Below are positions 52,010 through 63,677 of a stretch of DNA of 64,000 bases, in pieces; within the stretch, counting starts at the first letter, position 1, and each line of letters begins with the position of its first letter. The translations under genes were made by a program, and so were the position numbers. The stretch comes from Chiloscyllium plagiosum. Taxonomy: Eukaryota. The notes beneath the pieces were generated by a model that saw only the letters and a program-made list of their open reading frames with translations, ran no database searches and was not told where the DNA came from. The DNA lies in the NCBI RefSeq assembly GCF_004010195.1, contig NC_057715.1, positions 21,344,034-21,408,033 on the forward strand, written 5' to 3'.

Positions 52010-53030
52010 GGATGGGTCTAAGACAAGGTCCTGATTCCATTGCACCTCTCTAGTGGTTGCCCCAAGTTTTACTTTGCCTCTCAATATGTAGTCCTGCATA
52101 TCGAACTGTCCAGCCTTCAATACTTATTTATTAACTACTCTATACACTCGAATTTCTGCAAGTTTTAGGCAGAACAAAAGGCATCTCTCACTGAGTTGAC
52201 AGTCCTCCAGCTGCATGCAGATTTATCTTTGTGTGAATCCATAGAAATGGCCAGTATAGCCCAGAGGCCTCTGATAGAGGATGAACTACAAGAAAAACCA
52301 CTGCCTTACCATTCCAGGCTTTCTTTGCAAATGAACATTCCAGAAGGAGTCTTGCCCCACCACAGCCAACTTGAGGGCAATGTGCAGAGTGGGTGATACA
52401 CTGGGCATGAAGGAGGGTTCAAACATGAAAACCCTTCCTCATCACCAGCCAAACTACTGCCTGAAAGTTCTGATGATGAAGCTTTTCTCCAAAATGGCTT
52501 TGACAGATTGCCATCTGCCAGCATTCACTATCTTCCCGATTCATGGTCATGGACCTTTACCTTGGGAACCATTGTCTGATGGGCTGGTCAAAGGTGTTTC
52601 TCTGCACAAACTTTACCACATGGAGCATTCAGTGGCAATATGGCCAGCCCCTTTTTTCACAACACTGTGGACAGCAGGTATCTCAGTACATAGTGACATT
52701 TCACTCAGTGCTTAGCTGGACACAGTCACACAATGGTGATCCTCAGCTTGATAGTGACACTTAGTTTTATTCATCCTTTGTCTACAAACTTGCACATCAT
52801 AACCCCATGGACACAGTCGATATTTTTAATCCTGGATAAAATCACAGATATCTCATCACTGCACAGGAGTGGAGAATGGGCCAGACCTGTGCTGTGTTCA
52901 GCAACATAAAGAAAGCTTTGCATCCAAGACCAGGATTTTACCTGCAATGGAGGGTGAGCATCAAAAAAAGAAGTCACTGTTTTATCATAGATGTTTCTCT
53001 TTCTGGGTTTTGGCACATGCCCTGCTCCCC
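52010..53030 (-). mobile_element. Internally deleted, degenerate Tx1 (L1-clade) LINE
   Basis: Minus strand has a zinc-knuckle-like CPQCCEKGAGHIATEC (ORF1) and, ~300 nt later, SWRTVNSVRDAFCSA*NL...MQDYILRGKVKLGATTREVQW, resembling the Tx1 ORF2 C-terminus (W..INSVKDALWSARNL...QDYVLRDALKLGA...W). Confidence 0.6.
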
Positions 53031-53096
53031 TGACCCATTTTAGGTACTCTGACCTGAGTAGTGATTGTCTGATTTACAGCATCCGCAGTTGTTTTT

Positions 53097-53421
53097 AGAT
53101 TAGATTTCCTACAGGAAACAGGCCCTTCAGCCCAACAAGTCCACACCGACCCTCCAAAGAGTAACCCACCCAGCCCTATTCCCCCACCCCATACTTACCC
53201 TTGACTAATGCACCTAACACTAATGTGCAATTTATCATGGCCAATTCACCTGACCTGCACATCTTTGGACTGTGGGAGGAAACCGGAGCAACCAGAGGAA
53301 AAGCACACACACACGAGGAGAACGTACAAACTCCACACAGACAGTCACCCGAGGTGGGAACCGAACCCGGGTCCCTGGTGCTGTGAGGCAGCAGCGCTAA
53401 CCACTGAGCCATTGTGCTGCC
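53097..53421 (-). mobile_element. HE1 (V-domain) SINE, older copy
   Basis: Similar to 21532-21830. (agatt)n tail. Confidence 0.88.
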
Positions 53422-53531
53422 TCTGACAGTGAAGGGGACAAATGATCTGCTGACCTGCTTCCCAAAGAACAGGGAGCAAGAGCAGGCACTTCAGCCCTTC
53501 GAGCTTGTATATTATATTCATTGTTGATTTC

Positions 53532-55110
53532 ACAAACAAAAACAGATGTTGCTGGAAAAGCTCAGCAGGTCTGACAGCATCTGTGAAGAGAAATCAGAGT
53601 TAACGTTTTGGGTCTGGTGACCCTTCCTCAGAACTAATGTTAGCTAGGAAAATGTCAGTTTATGTGCAGAAGATAGTATGGGGAGAGAAGCTAAGGAGTA
53701 AATGACAAGTGGGGACAGAGCCCAAAGAGAGAGAAGAACAGCTGGATACACAAAGGAGTGAGTAACAATTTGACTGGGAGGGTCAATAGCTGTTAATGGA
53801 GACTGTTAGTGACTAACAATAGGTAGTGTGCAATGTTGGACTATGTGATTATAAGGTCTGGTGTAAGGGGTTAGGGGCTGGGACATGGGGGAGGTAAAGA
53901 CCCCCTCCCACTGCACCAATGACATGCAGGTCCTGGGCCTCTCCCATCGCCAAACTCTCCGACGCCTGGTGGGAGAAAGCCTCATTCTTCCGATTTGGGA
54001 CACTTCAACGGCATGGATCATTGTGGATTTCACCAGTTTCCCCATTTCCCCTCACCCCACCTATCCCAGTCACAATATCCCAACTCAGCACCGCCCTCTT
54101 GAACCGCTCTGCCTGTCCATCTTCCTTTCCACCTATCTGCTCCACCCTCCTCACCGACCTATCACCTTCACCCCCACCTTTATCTACCTATTGCATTCCC
54201 AGCTGCCTTCCCCAGCCCCACCCCCCTCCCATTTATCTCTCAGCCCCCTTGGTCCACAAGCCTCATTCCTGATGAAGTACTCATGGCCAAAATATCGACT
54301 TTCCTGTTCCCGAATGCTGCTTGACCGGCTGTGCTTTTCCAGCACCACACTCTTTGATTCTGATCTCCAGCATATGCAGTCCACACTTTCTCCTAAAATT
54401 ATTGAACTTGATACTGAATCCGGAGGGCTGCAGGTTCCCCAACTGGAAAATAAGGTGTTGTTCTTGTGTTGGCCAGGGAACATGGTGATGTGTTAAAACA
54501 GTAGGCAACTGGTAGCTCTGGGTCTTTTTTTTTTATGGTAGAACGTAGATGTCCTGCAGTGGTCACCCAATCTATGCTTTGTTTCCCCAGTGTAGAGGAG
54601 ACCACACTGTGAGCAATGAATATAGCAGACTAAATTGTGAAAAGTGCAGGTAAAATGCTGCTTTGTCTCTGTCACATATGTTTTGATGAGGCCAACTTTA
54701 ACAAGGGAGCCTTTGAAATGTCCACCTTCTTCCTCAACCATTGTCAACAAGGCCCTAAACCAGGTCCGACCCATTTACTGCACTTCCACCCTCCCCCCAC
54801 GCTCCCCTCAATATGGTGTCCTTACCTACCATCCCATCAACATCCACATTCAGAAGATCGTCAGTCGCCATTTTCACCACCACCAGCAGGATGCCACCAC
54901 GAGACACATATTCCCCTCCCTTGTCCGCCTTCTGCAGGGACTGTTCCCTCCAGGACAACCTGGTCCACTCTTCCTTCACTCCCAACACCAACCCCCACCC
55001 CCAAAGCCCCAGGGAACCTTCCCCTCAAACCACTGAACGTGTAACACCTACCCATTTGCCTCCTGCCTCCTCAGTATCCAAGGGCCCAAACATACCTTCC
55101 AGGTGAAGCA
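53532..55110. mobile_element. Nest of Penelope-like elements: minus-strand copy (53532-54680) with inverted upstream part (54680-55110) and nested plus-strand copy (~53893-54393)
   Basis: GIY-YIG-type peptide HFTCTFHNLVCYIHCSQCGLLYTGETKHRLGDH and DPELPVAYCFNT (minus). VLTYHPINIHIQKIVSRHFHHHQQDATTRHIFPS (plus). Hammerhead-like termini at ~53590-53634 (minus) and ~54265-54300 (plus). Confidence 0.85.
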
Positions 55111-55359
55111 GATATGGTCATAAAGCTTTGGACTCCAACTCAAGGTTGCTACAAGCCTGCTGACAGTTGAGATACTTTCAGAGGACAGTCACATGGCTCT
55201 GGGGTCACATACAGGTCAGATTGGGCAAGGACAATAGCTCTCCTTCCCTAAATGACACCCACTAATTAACCAGATAAGTATTTAACAACAATACATGATC
55301 ACTATTACAGACCCTAAGATTTTTCTCATTTTGGACTAATTTAATTAATTGAAATTAAT

Positions 55360-55850
55360 CTTGCCTGGATGAGTACAGCCCCAACAACACTCAAGAAGCT
55401 TGACACCATCCAGGACAATGCAGCCCGCTTGACTTGGACTATATCCACAATCTTCCACTCCTACCTCCACAGACACTCAATAGCAGTAGTGTATACTATC
55501 TACAAGATTCACTACAGAAGTTCATCAATGATCCTCAGACTGCAACTTCGAAACCCATGACCACTTCCATCTGGAAGGACAAGGGCAACAGTTGTATGGC
55601 AACACCACCACCTTCAAGTTCCCTTCCAAGCCGCTCACCATCCTGACTTGGAAATATATCACCGTTCCTTCACTGTTGCTGAGTCAAAATCCTGGAATTC
55701 CCTCCCAAATGGCATAGTTGGTCAACCCACAGCAGGTGGACTGCAGCAGATCAAAAAGGCAGCTCACCACCACCTTCCCAAGGGCAATGAGGGATGGACA
55801 ATAAGTGCTGACCCAGCCAGCAACACCCACATCCCACAAATGAATTTTTT
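55360..55850 (+). mobile_element. CR1-group LINE 3' end (second family)
   Basis: WMSTAPTTLKKLDTIQDNAARL...RHSIAVVYTIYKIH; SFTVAESKSWNSLP. Confidence 0.8.
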
Positions 55851-57762
55851 TTTAAATTGCCTAAACTGTCATAATGACATTATAACTCATATTTATGAGC
55901 TCAGTCATTTCTATTATTGATCTACTTTCACCACCATCTCACTACTTATCATATCTCCATTGTTTAGAACCTCAAGACTAGATATTGGAGTTCCTTTTCC
56001 TCCCAAACACCTCACAATATATACAGGACCAATATTTTACAATTAAATGAGCTTAACTGGATTGTCTGTACTATCTTTTCTAAAGATTGAAAAAGGTAAA
56101 GATAAAATAAAGCTTTGATCCAAATGAGAACTATCTTTTAGAAATGGGTGTTATCCTTACTCTCCTGACTACTTAGGCTTGTAAAAAATTTGCTTTCACT
56201 CAACAGTTCATTGCTAAATAGTTCTCATGTTAAACATTTTCCTTGTCACAATACAAGTACATACATTTTACTCATGTTTTCTGACAAGTTAGATGATTGA
56301 ACAACATTCATTAATCACCCTTCACCTATGAAACCATCACTAAGAATTAATTTGTAATATTCTCTGGTTCTCAATCTTGGTGTTGTCCAATTGACTGTCT
56401 GAATACGATACATTGCAGAAGGCATAGAATGGAACACAAGTCTTTTGTTGCTTTCTGTGTCTGCATCTGCTCCTGCACAGAGGAGCCTTCTGCAATCATC
56501 CCAGTTAATCCACTCAAAGGTCGCCTTTGATGAGATTATTTGTATTATAACACACCCACTTTATGTCCTCCTTGTAAATCGATGGTTTTGTGAATACTGC
56601 CACACAGCAGGAACAATGTAGCGTATTAAATAGACTGAAATCTTATCAGACTGAAACTGGGTGGTCGTATTTCTTTCTGTTGTGTGTACTGAATCATTGA
56701 ATGCTCGTGCACAGTAAACAGTCCATTTAATCTATCAGTTTGCAAATTACTTGTCGAATTCTACTCTCCTACTTTGCTTCAAAAATCCTTTAAATGAGCA
56801 ATTCTTTGAGTATTTGCAGATTGATTCAACGAAGGTTTGTGTCAGATAATTCCATTTTCCAATCAACCTCTATGCAAAGAAATGTATTCTTTAATTATTT
56901 TTCATTAAATTAAAATTGTATCCCCGTATTATTATTAATGTCAAGGGCTTAAAGTGAGGTTTATTACACAGACCTTTATTCCTGACTCTGCCAAGTTGCT
57001 TTGTTTTTTGCCTCAATATTTGTTTGCAAACCTCACTGTGAAACTTCAGTTAAAATACAAAAAGGTGTCAGCATGGCATGAATTGATTTGTTTAGCATAA
57101 AAGTGCAATAAATATGCAACGAATCAAGGAAAAGGGTTAATGTTCAATCTTATCCAAGTCATATGTCTGTTTGTACTTCCATTTTTTTGTTATAAAGACG
57201 GAATAGTATAGAAACTACAGCATAAAAATAGGCTGTTTAGCCGAAAAGGTCTATGCTCCACATAAGCTTCCTTTCACCCATCTTAACCTAAACCTATCAG
57301 TTTATCATTCTGTTTCCTAATTCATCATGTGCTTCCTTTCCACTGAATTCAAGGGATACAGCAGACACCGTTACTGGATTTTCTTTAGCTGTCTTATGTG
57401 TCACAAGGTCTCATTGCATACAGGAACATTGTAACCTAAGCTCTCTCTAATGTTTCCTGTCACTGCACAGACCTTTAAGGTCCATGCACAGCAATGCCTT
57501 CTGGAATTGGAAGTTCATGCATTCGGACGGCAGCTTAGATTGTGACCATAACTCTTTGTACGTGAATACATTTTATGATATGTAGAGGACATTGGCTGTC
57601 AATCATTTGCTGCTCTTAACCTGTTTTTCTAACTAACCTGTTCAGAGACGTTATTATGCACCTCTGGAGCAGGTGGGACTTGAATCTGGCCTGCTGCCCC
57701 ATGAGTAGAGACACTATCAATGCATCTGGAGCAGCTGAGCAGATGTTGAATCTGCTCATTGT

Positions 57763-58083
57763 GGGCGGCACGGTGGTTAGCACTGTTGCCTCACAGCGCC
57801 AGAGACCGGGGTTCAATTCCCGCCTCAGGCGACTGACTGTGTGGAGTTTGCACATTCTACCCATGTCTGCGTGGGTTTCCTCTGGGTGCTCCGGTTTCCT
57901 CCCACAGTCCAAAAACAAATTTGTGCAGGTTAAGTGAATTGGCCATGCTAAATTGCCCGTAATGTTAGGTGAAGGGGTAAAATGTAGGGGAATGGGTCTG
58001 GCTGGGTTGCGCTTCGGCAGATCAGTGTGGACTTGTTGGGCTGAAGGGCCTGTTTCCATACTGTAAGTAATCTAATCTAATCT
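57763..58083 (+). mobile_element. HE1 (V-domain) SINE
   Basis: gggcggcacggtggttagcac...gggttcaattcc, V-domain, tail gtaatctaatctaatct. Confidence 0.92.
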
Positions 58084-58239
58084 GCAGTGATCTTTTGAGA
58101 GAAGTGGCCTGATGGGTCAGGGTCCTCTAACAAATGCTGGTGTCCGCAAGTATTAAACAAAGCTTCTGCAATGTCAACTTTGATAGACTGGCCATTTGAA
58201 AATCATCCCCCTTCCTCGGCCCTGACCTCTCACTCTCAG

Positions 58240-58590
58240 TTTGTAAATGTTTCAGGAAAGGCCATGAAAACACTTCACACACATTGTGAAACTCTCCTTG
58301 AAGCTTGGCAGCTTTGGCTTTAATGAATGGGAGGAGCTTGCTAACAGTTGCTCAGAGTGGCAACAACTTGTCCGTGCTTTATGTCTCAATGCTTTAATGA
58401 TGAGACAGAACAACATCAGAGAAGTAAAGGAAGCAAACTCTTCTCTTCTGATTGCATTACTCAAACGGTAAGCCTGCTCCAGTTCCTTAAATTCCTGCAG
58501 GTCAAGAATCCATCCATTCAACACATGGCAGACAGAGTCAAAGCCCTGGGTAGACCACATCCTCAAACTGGGAAGCAGCCACCACCAATG
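58240..58590 (+). mobile_element. RTE-type LINE 3' fragment
   Basis: RP*KHFTHIVKLSLKLGSFGFNEWEELANSCSEWQQLVR resembles the RTE C-terminal GRPxKRxxDxxK...WExLAxDRxxWR motif. Confidence 0.55.
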
Positions 58591-60221
58591 AACCATTTGC
58601 TTCAAATGCATACTTACTACTTTACTACAGTCCCTGTGGTAGTGAGCTGTATAAAGAATACAGCTGTATAAAGAATAAAGTGAGTGGATAAAGGAGTTGC
58701 TTATGAATTTCCTTTCAAATTTATTGGTGACATTTTTTTTTTGTTTACCCCACAGTGGAGATTTCTTCTCCATATTCACCACGTCAAATACCAAACTTTT
58801 GCATGCGTTAAGAAAAGCTTGCCTCATTTCAATGGTTATTCTAGTAGTTAAGAGCAGACTATAGTGGCTAGGCTGAACCTGTGGCTGACACCGATGGGAA
58901 AAGCGATCACATTGCCAAGCAGAGCTTGCTACTTCTCCATTGAATAACAAACACATCTCTCTTCTGGGTTGCCGCAGGACTATCATTGTTCAACCTATTC
59001 ATACGAGCTTCACATCAACTCCACTCCATGGGTTTAGGCCACATATCTTTCTGAAAGCAATCCCAAAACAAAAGGTTGAAATATCAGAAGTTTGCAAATT
59101 GAAAAAAAATAACTGCTTCTATGGTGGTCTGGTGTGACACTGGCCTCTAACCACGAGAAGTCACATCATAACGCAGCTTCCCAATGTTGATCCACTTACT
59201 CCATAAAAAGAATCGCAGCATAATGCATGACAGATCATTTGGCCCAACATGCCTCTCCCGGCATTTGAAAAGAGCCAATAGAAACAATTAGTTCCATTCC
59301 AGCGGTCCTTGTCCATAGCCTTAACATTTACTCGTCTTTAGGAATGTATTGAACTCCCTTTTGAAAGTTATTATTGAATTTGTTTCCACAACTCTTCAGG
59401 CAATAAATCCCATATCATAACAACTTGTTGCATAAGAAAAAAAACCTCTAATGACCCCTCGTCCCCTCTGGCCAATTATCCTACATCTGTGTTTGATTAT
59501 ATACCCTACAGCTACTTATAGATGAAAGATTACACTGCACTTTGACCAAACAACAGCTCAGTTCGTAGACATGCCCACTAGCTGATTACAGAAAATCGGT
59601 CTGCTTCTGCTTTTAGTACGGCAGAAACATCAACCATCAACTTCTTCAGTAACTGTCAGCATTTCAGCTTGTCAGAAAGAAGAAAGAATACTTTTTTCCA
59701 CTGGAGGACATAACCTTTGAATGGGTTTACTATTTTGAAGGTGCTTATAAATGGACATTGTTGTTATTGCAGGTTGGAGGTCAAGACTAAAAGCCATCAG
59801 AACAAATCAATCAGTGGTTAGCTCTTCAGTTGTCCTTTGTGACTGAATTTGAGGCAGAAAAGGAAATTTATGACTGCTGAGAGTAAAATGGTTTTTTTAA
59901 AATTCCCTCTTGGGATACAAGTGTCACCTGCAAGGCCAGCATTTATTGTCTATTGCTATTTTCCCTGGAGAAGGTGTTGCTGAGACACCTACAATTCAGT
60001 GGCTTGCTAGACTTTCTCAGCAGGCAATTAATAGTCAACCATTTTGGTCAGGACTGGGAATTAAAGTAGATTATATTATTTGCTAATCTGCCTGTCAAGG
60101 AGAGAAGCAGGAACCAATCTATCTTTCTCATAGGTTTATTCACAATACCCAGGGCCGTTCAAATGCAGATTATGTTTCCTTTCCACAGACCAGCCCTTCC
60201 TAGGTTCTTATCTGTCTGCAA

Positions 60222-60880
60222 GGGAGGCAATGGCTGAGGTACTATCACTGCACTATTAATCCAGAGACATAGGTAATGTTGTGGGAACCTGGGCTCAAAA
60301 CCTGCTATGGCAGATAGTGGAATTTAAATTCAGTAACAAATCTGGAATCAAGAATCCAACGATATCAATTGTTTGGAAAAAAAAAACCATCTGACACACA
60401 AGTGCCTTTTAGGGAAGGAAACTGCCATCCTTACCTGGTCGGGCCTATATGTGAGTCCAGACCCACAATAACATGGTTGACTCTTAACTGTCCTCTGGGA
60501 TGTGCATTACATGCTGGCCCAGCCAGTGATGCCCTCATACTTTTTTAGATTAGATTAGATTACTTACAGTGTGGAAACAGGCCCTTTGGCCCAACAAGTC
60601 CACGCCGCCCTGCCGAAGCGCCACCCATCCAAACCCCTACATTTACCCCTTACCTAACACTACGGGCAATTTTAGCATGGCCAATTCACCTGACCTGCAC
60701 ATCTTTGGAATGTGGGAGGAAACCGGAGCACCCGGAGGAAACCCACGCAGACACGGGAAGGACGTGCAAACTCCACACAGTTAGTCACCTGAGGCGGGAA
60801 TTGAACCCGGGTCTCTGGCGCTGTGAGGCAGCAGTGCTAACCACTGTGCCACCGTGCCGCCCATACTGTGAATGAATATA
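60222..60880 (+). mobile_element. tRNA-derived SINE with CR1-group tail, interrupted by HE1
   Basis: tRNA-like head gggaggcaatggc...gggctcaaaacc. The tail tgctggcccagccagtgatgccctcatac|tgtgaatgaat matches the LINE tail at 55805-55845. Confidence 0.7.
60542..60862 (-). mobile_element. HE1 (V-domain) SINE, young, nested
   Basis: Full-length copy with (agatt)n tail. TSD atact at 60537-60541 / 60863-60867. Confidence 0.92.
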
Positions 60881-61329
60881 TTAAAAAAGATATTTCCCCA
60901 ATTAATATCAATTGCTCTCAATCCCAACTATAGCATGCATATATACACGCTCAATTAACAAAGATTAGACTTGGTCATCTGAAGGCTGAATGAACCTTTG
61001 GATTTTTTTTACTGATATCCCATACATTTATTAAGCCTAGCATTTATGAATTTACTTGAACTTAAATTCCCCAACTGCCAACCTGTTGGGATTTGAGCTC
61101 ATGTCCTGGTTAGTTAGTATCAAACCAGGCCTCTTTAACATTTGCATCCCATCACTAATTTTTCTGCAACATTTATACCTAAGTAGCTGAAAATATACAG
61201 CATTTAAAAACTTCTGATGTCGCTCAATGCAAAGATTTAGTTTTTATTTAAATTAATTACACATGCTTGGTTGAGGAAAGAATGATTCTATTCTAATTGT
61301 AGAAGGGTTCATTTGCATATTTCTATTGC

Positions 61330-61775
61330 AATGGCTCAATTGCTGGCACTCTCATCTCTAAGTCAGAATATGAGTTCAAGTACCACTCCAAGACTTGAAC
61401 ACAAAAGTGTAGATTGACACTTAAGTGCATCCCTGAGGGAGTGATGCAGTGCTAGAGGCATTGTCTTTTGCATAAGATATTAAACCAAAGTCCTGTCAGT
61501 TCTTTCAGAGAGACATAAAAGAAATCACAGCACTACTCTGAAAAAAAGAGGTGAGTTCTCCCTGTTCCCCTGACAAAAGTGCCTCCAGAAGTAACATCAT
61601 AAAAAGCAGACAATCTGATTCTTATCACATTGGTATTTGCAGGTGTTTGAATTGAGTAAATCGGTTGCCTTGTTTTCTACATTATAAAGTTGATAATGCT
61701 TCAAGTATATTTCATTGACTGCAGAGTGCCTTATGGTCTGCTGAGGTCACGAAAGGTGCTACATGAATGCTTGTC
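61330..61775 (+). mobile_element. Deu-domain SINE, near full length
   Basis: tRNA-like head (tggctcaattg...gagttcaagtacc), Deu core, tail ctgaggtcacgaaaggtgctacatgaatgc. Confidence 0.75.
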
Positions 61776-63454
61776 TAATTTATGTGTGGAATTATAGTGA
61801 TTTGAAGATGATATAAGGAGTGAAATGAGATGAGCCTTTTAAAAAAAAACTGATGGCCATGTGAAATATTTTACCACAATGTTCCAGTTTGATCCGTGAT
61901 GCAAAAGATTAATCTGTTTCTTTGTAAATGGCAAGACCTCATTGTTTTCTATTTTGTGCAAAGCTGTTTTTCAGTTTGCTTCAGCATGCATGACATGGCC
62001 TGTTTGCTTAGTGAGCACAAACTATAGAAAGAGGGCACATGTCATTTATATTAGAGCAGTTAACATTCAATTTCAGAGGATGAGGTTAATGATCAAAATG
62101 TATTGCTAACAGATTGAAAACTAGAGACTGACAATTTTGCTCCATCCCAGTTCACTTGAGGGTTAATAGATTTAGTTGGGTACAGTTCTCAGGATTTCAT
62201 CATAAGATTACATGGCTTTAACTGTTCCAAGCAGTTAGCAGCCTTCATACCATACCACCCCACCACATCCCCCTCCCTGCTTATCTCCACTATGTTTAAA
62301 CTAATAAGTAGACATGTTCAAACACACTTTGTTCTTAATGATCATCTGAGTTATTTTCTGTCTGGTTTGCAAACAATGTGTTCCAGGACAATAACTCCTG
62401 GAGATTTCAAGATTAAGTCAATTTTGGAATTAATTTCACGCTCGCCTCTTGACAGCTGGTACACCAAGGCCATGATTGACACATTTTTTAGGGTGGTAGT
62501 AAGAGCCTCAATCTTCCCTAATCTGGGAGTAGAACAGGAGGACAGGAGGTAGCTAATGAAAGCCAGATTGCATACATTTCTTCACTGTCTTTGAGCATTG
62601 TGTGTGAAGTGACTAGAATTGTTGGAGATGGAACAAAACTGTTGCAGGGTGGGTGGTCACCTATCCAAAATGGCAACTTTAGTGAGGACGGATACTCTTT
62701 TTTAAATCCCACAAATATAGAGACTGTCCTTAATGTGTGGTGCTGTACATTAAAATAAAAAGGTTGCCTGCATTTCCAACCTTGTTGTCAATTATCTTAA
62801 ATCGTCGTCTGCTGCTTACTGACCCTCCTTCCATTGCAAATAGCATTAACGTTATCAAAACATTTCATGACTTGTAACAAATCTATTCGATCTGCTCCAA
62901 GCTTCTCCATTCTAAGGAAACTTTCTCACTCCATAATCTGAAAACTTTTGGTCTCAATTGGGATGTGGTGTAGAAAGATGCCAATGGTGTGGGTTCAATT
63001 CCTGTGGAGGCTGTTTATGGAGGGCTGCCTCTTTGCTTTGCACCACACCCCAGCCTCACTCCTGAAATATTTAAGGAGGGAATTCCACAGATTCAGAATG
63101 TTGCATGAGACCAATCAAGTTCACCTTCCCTCTTGGAGTTTTGGACTTCAAACTAGGAAAAATGATCTATTCCAGATACTTGTACAATTTAATTTTATAG
63201 TCTAATTGCAATGAATAAAGAAAATAAATTCATGTTTTACAGCCACCCGAAGGTATTTAGAAATCTGCCTTTTTGATCTTTCCACCCACAAGTTTTTCAG
63301 CTGTTCACCTCAACACAGTCTCCTGAACACTAGTCAGGGAACAGGGAATTATAAGAAGGATGCACCTACAATCAATGAGAAAAATCATTGTTCAGCTACA
63401 TACATCTGTTCAGAAGCAATTACTGGAACCCAACCAAATGACATTATTATTTTG

Positions 63455-63677
63455 GTAAAAACAATGACTGCAGATGCTGGAAACCAGATTCTGGATTAGT
63501 GATGCTGGAAGAGCACAGTAGTTCAGGCAGCATCCGGGGAGCAGTAAAATCGACGTTTCGGGCAAAAGCCCTTCATTGCTTTATTCCTAATGAAGGGCTT
63601 TTGCCCGAAACATCAATTTTACTGCTCCTCGGATGCTGCCTGAACTGCTGTGCTCTTCCAGCACCACTAATCCAGAA
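63455..63677 (-). mobile_element. Palindromic Penelope-derived mini-element
   Basis: 34-nt tail (63455-63488), 88-bp arms 63489-63576 / 63590-63677, perfect 15-bp TSD gacattattattttg at 63440-63454 / 63678-63692. Confidence 0.92.

Noticed and set aside
53885-54496. 203-aa ORF
   Set aside because: Read-through of a Penelope C-terminus into its C-rich 3' UTR, so not an independent gene.
57763-57830. tRNA gene
   Set aside because: The A/B boxes are the tRNA-derived head of an HE1 SINE, and the same applies to the other SINE heads.
58645-58677. Tandem duplication agctgtataaagaata
   Set aside because: Simple local slippage with no further structure.
58252-58986. 244-aa minus-strand ORF
   Set aside because: No recognisable domain. 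It overlaps an RTE-like fragment in antisense and runs into unique low-information sequence, so it is probably a chance ORF.
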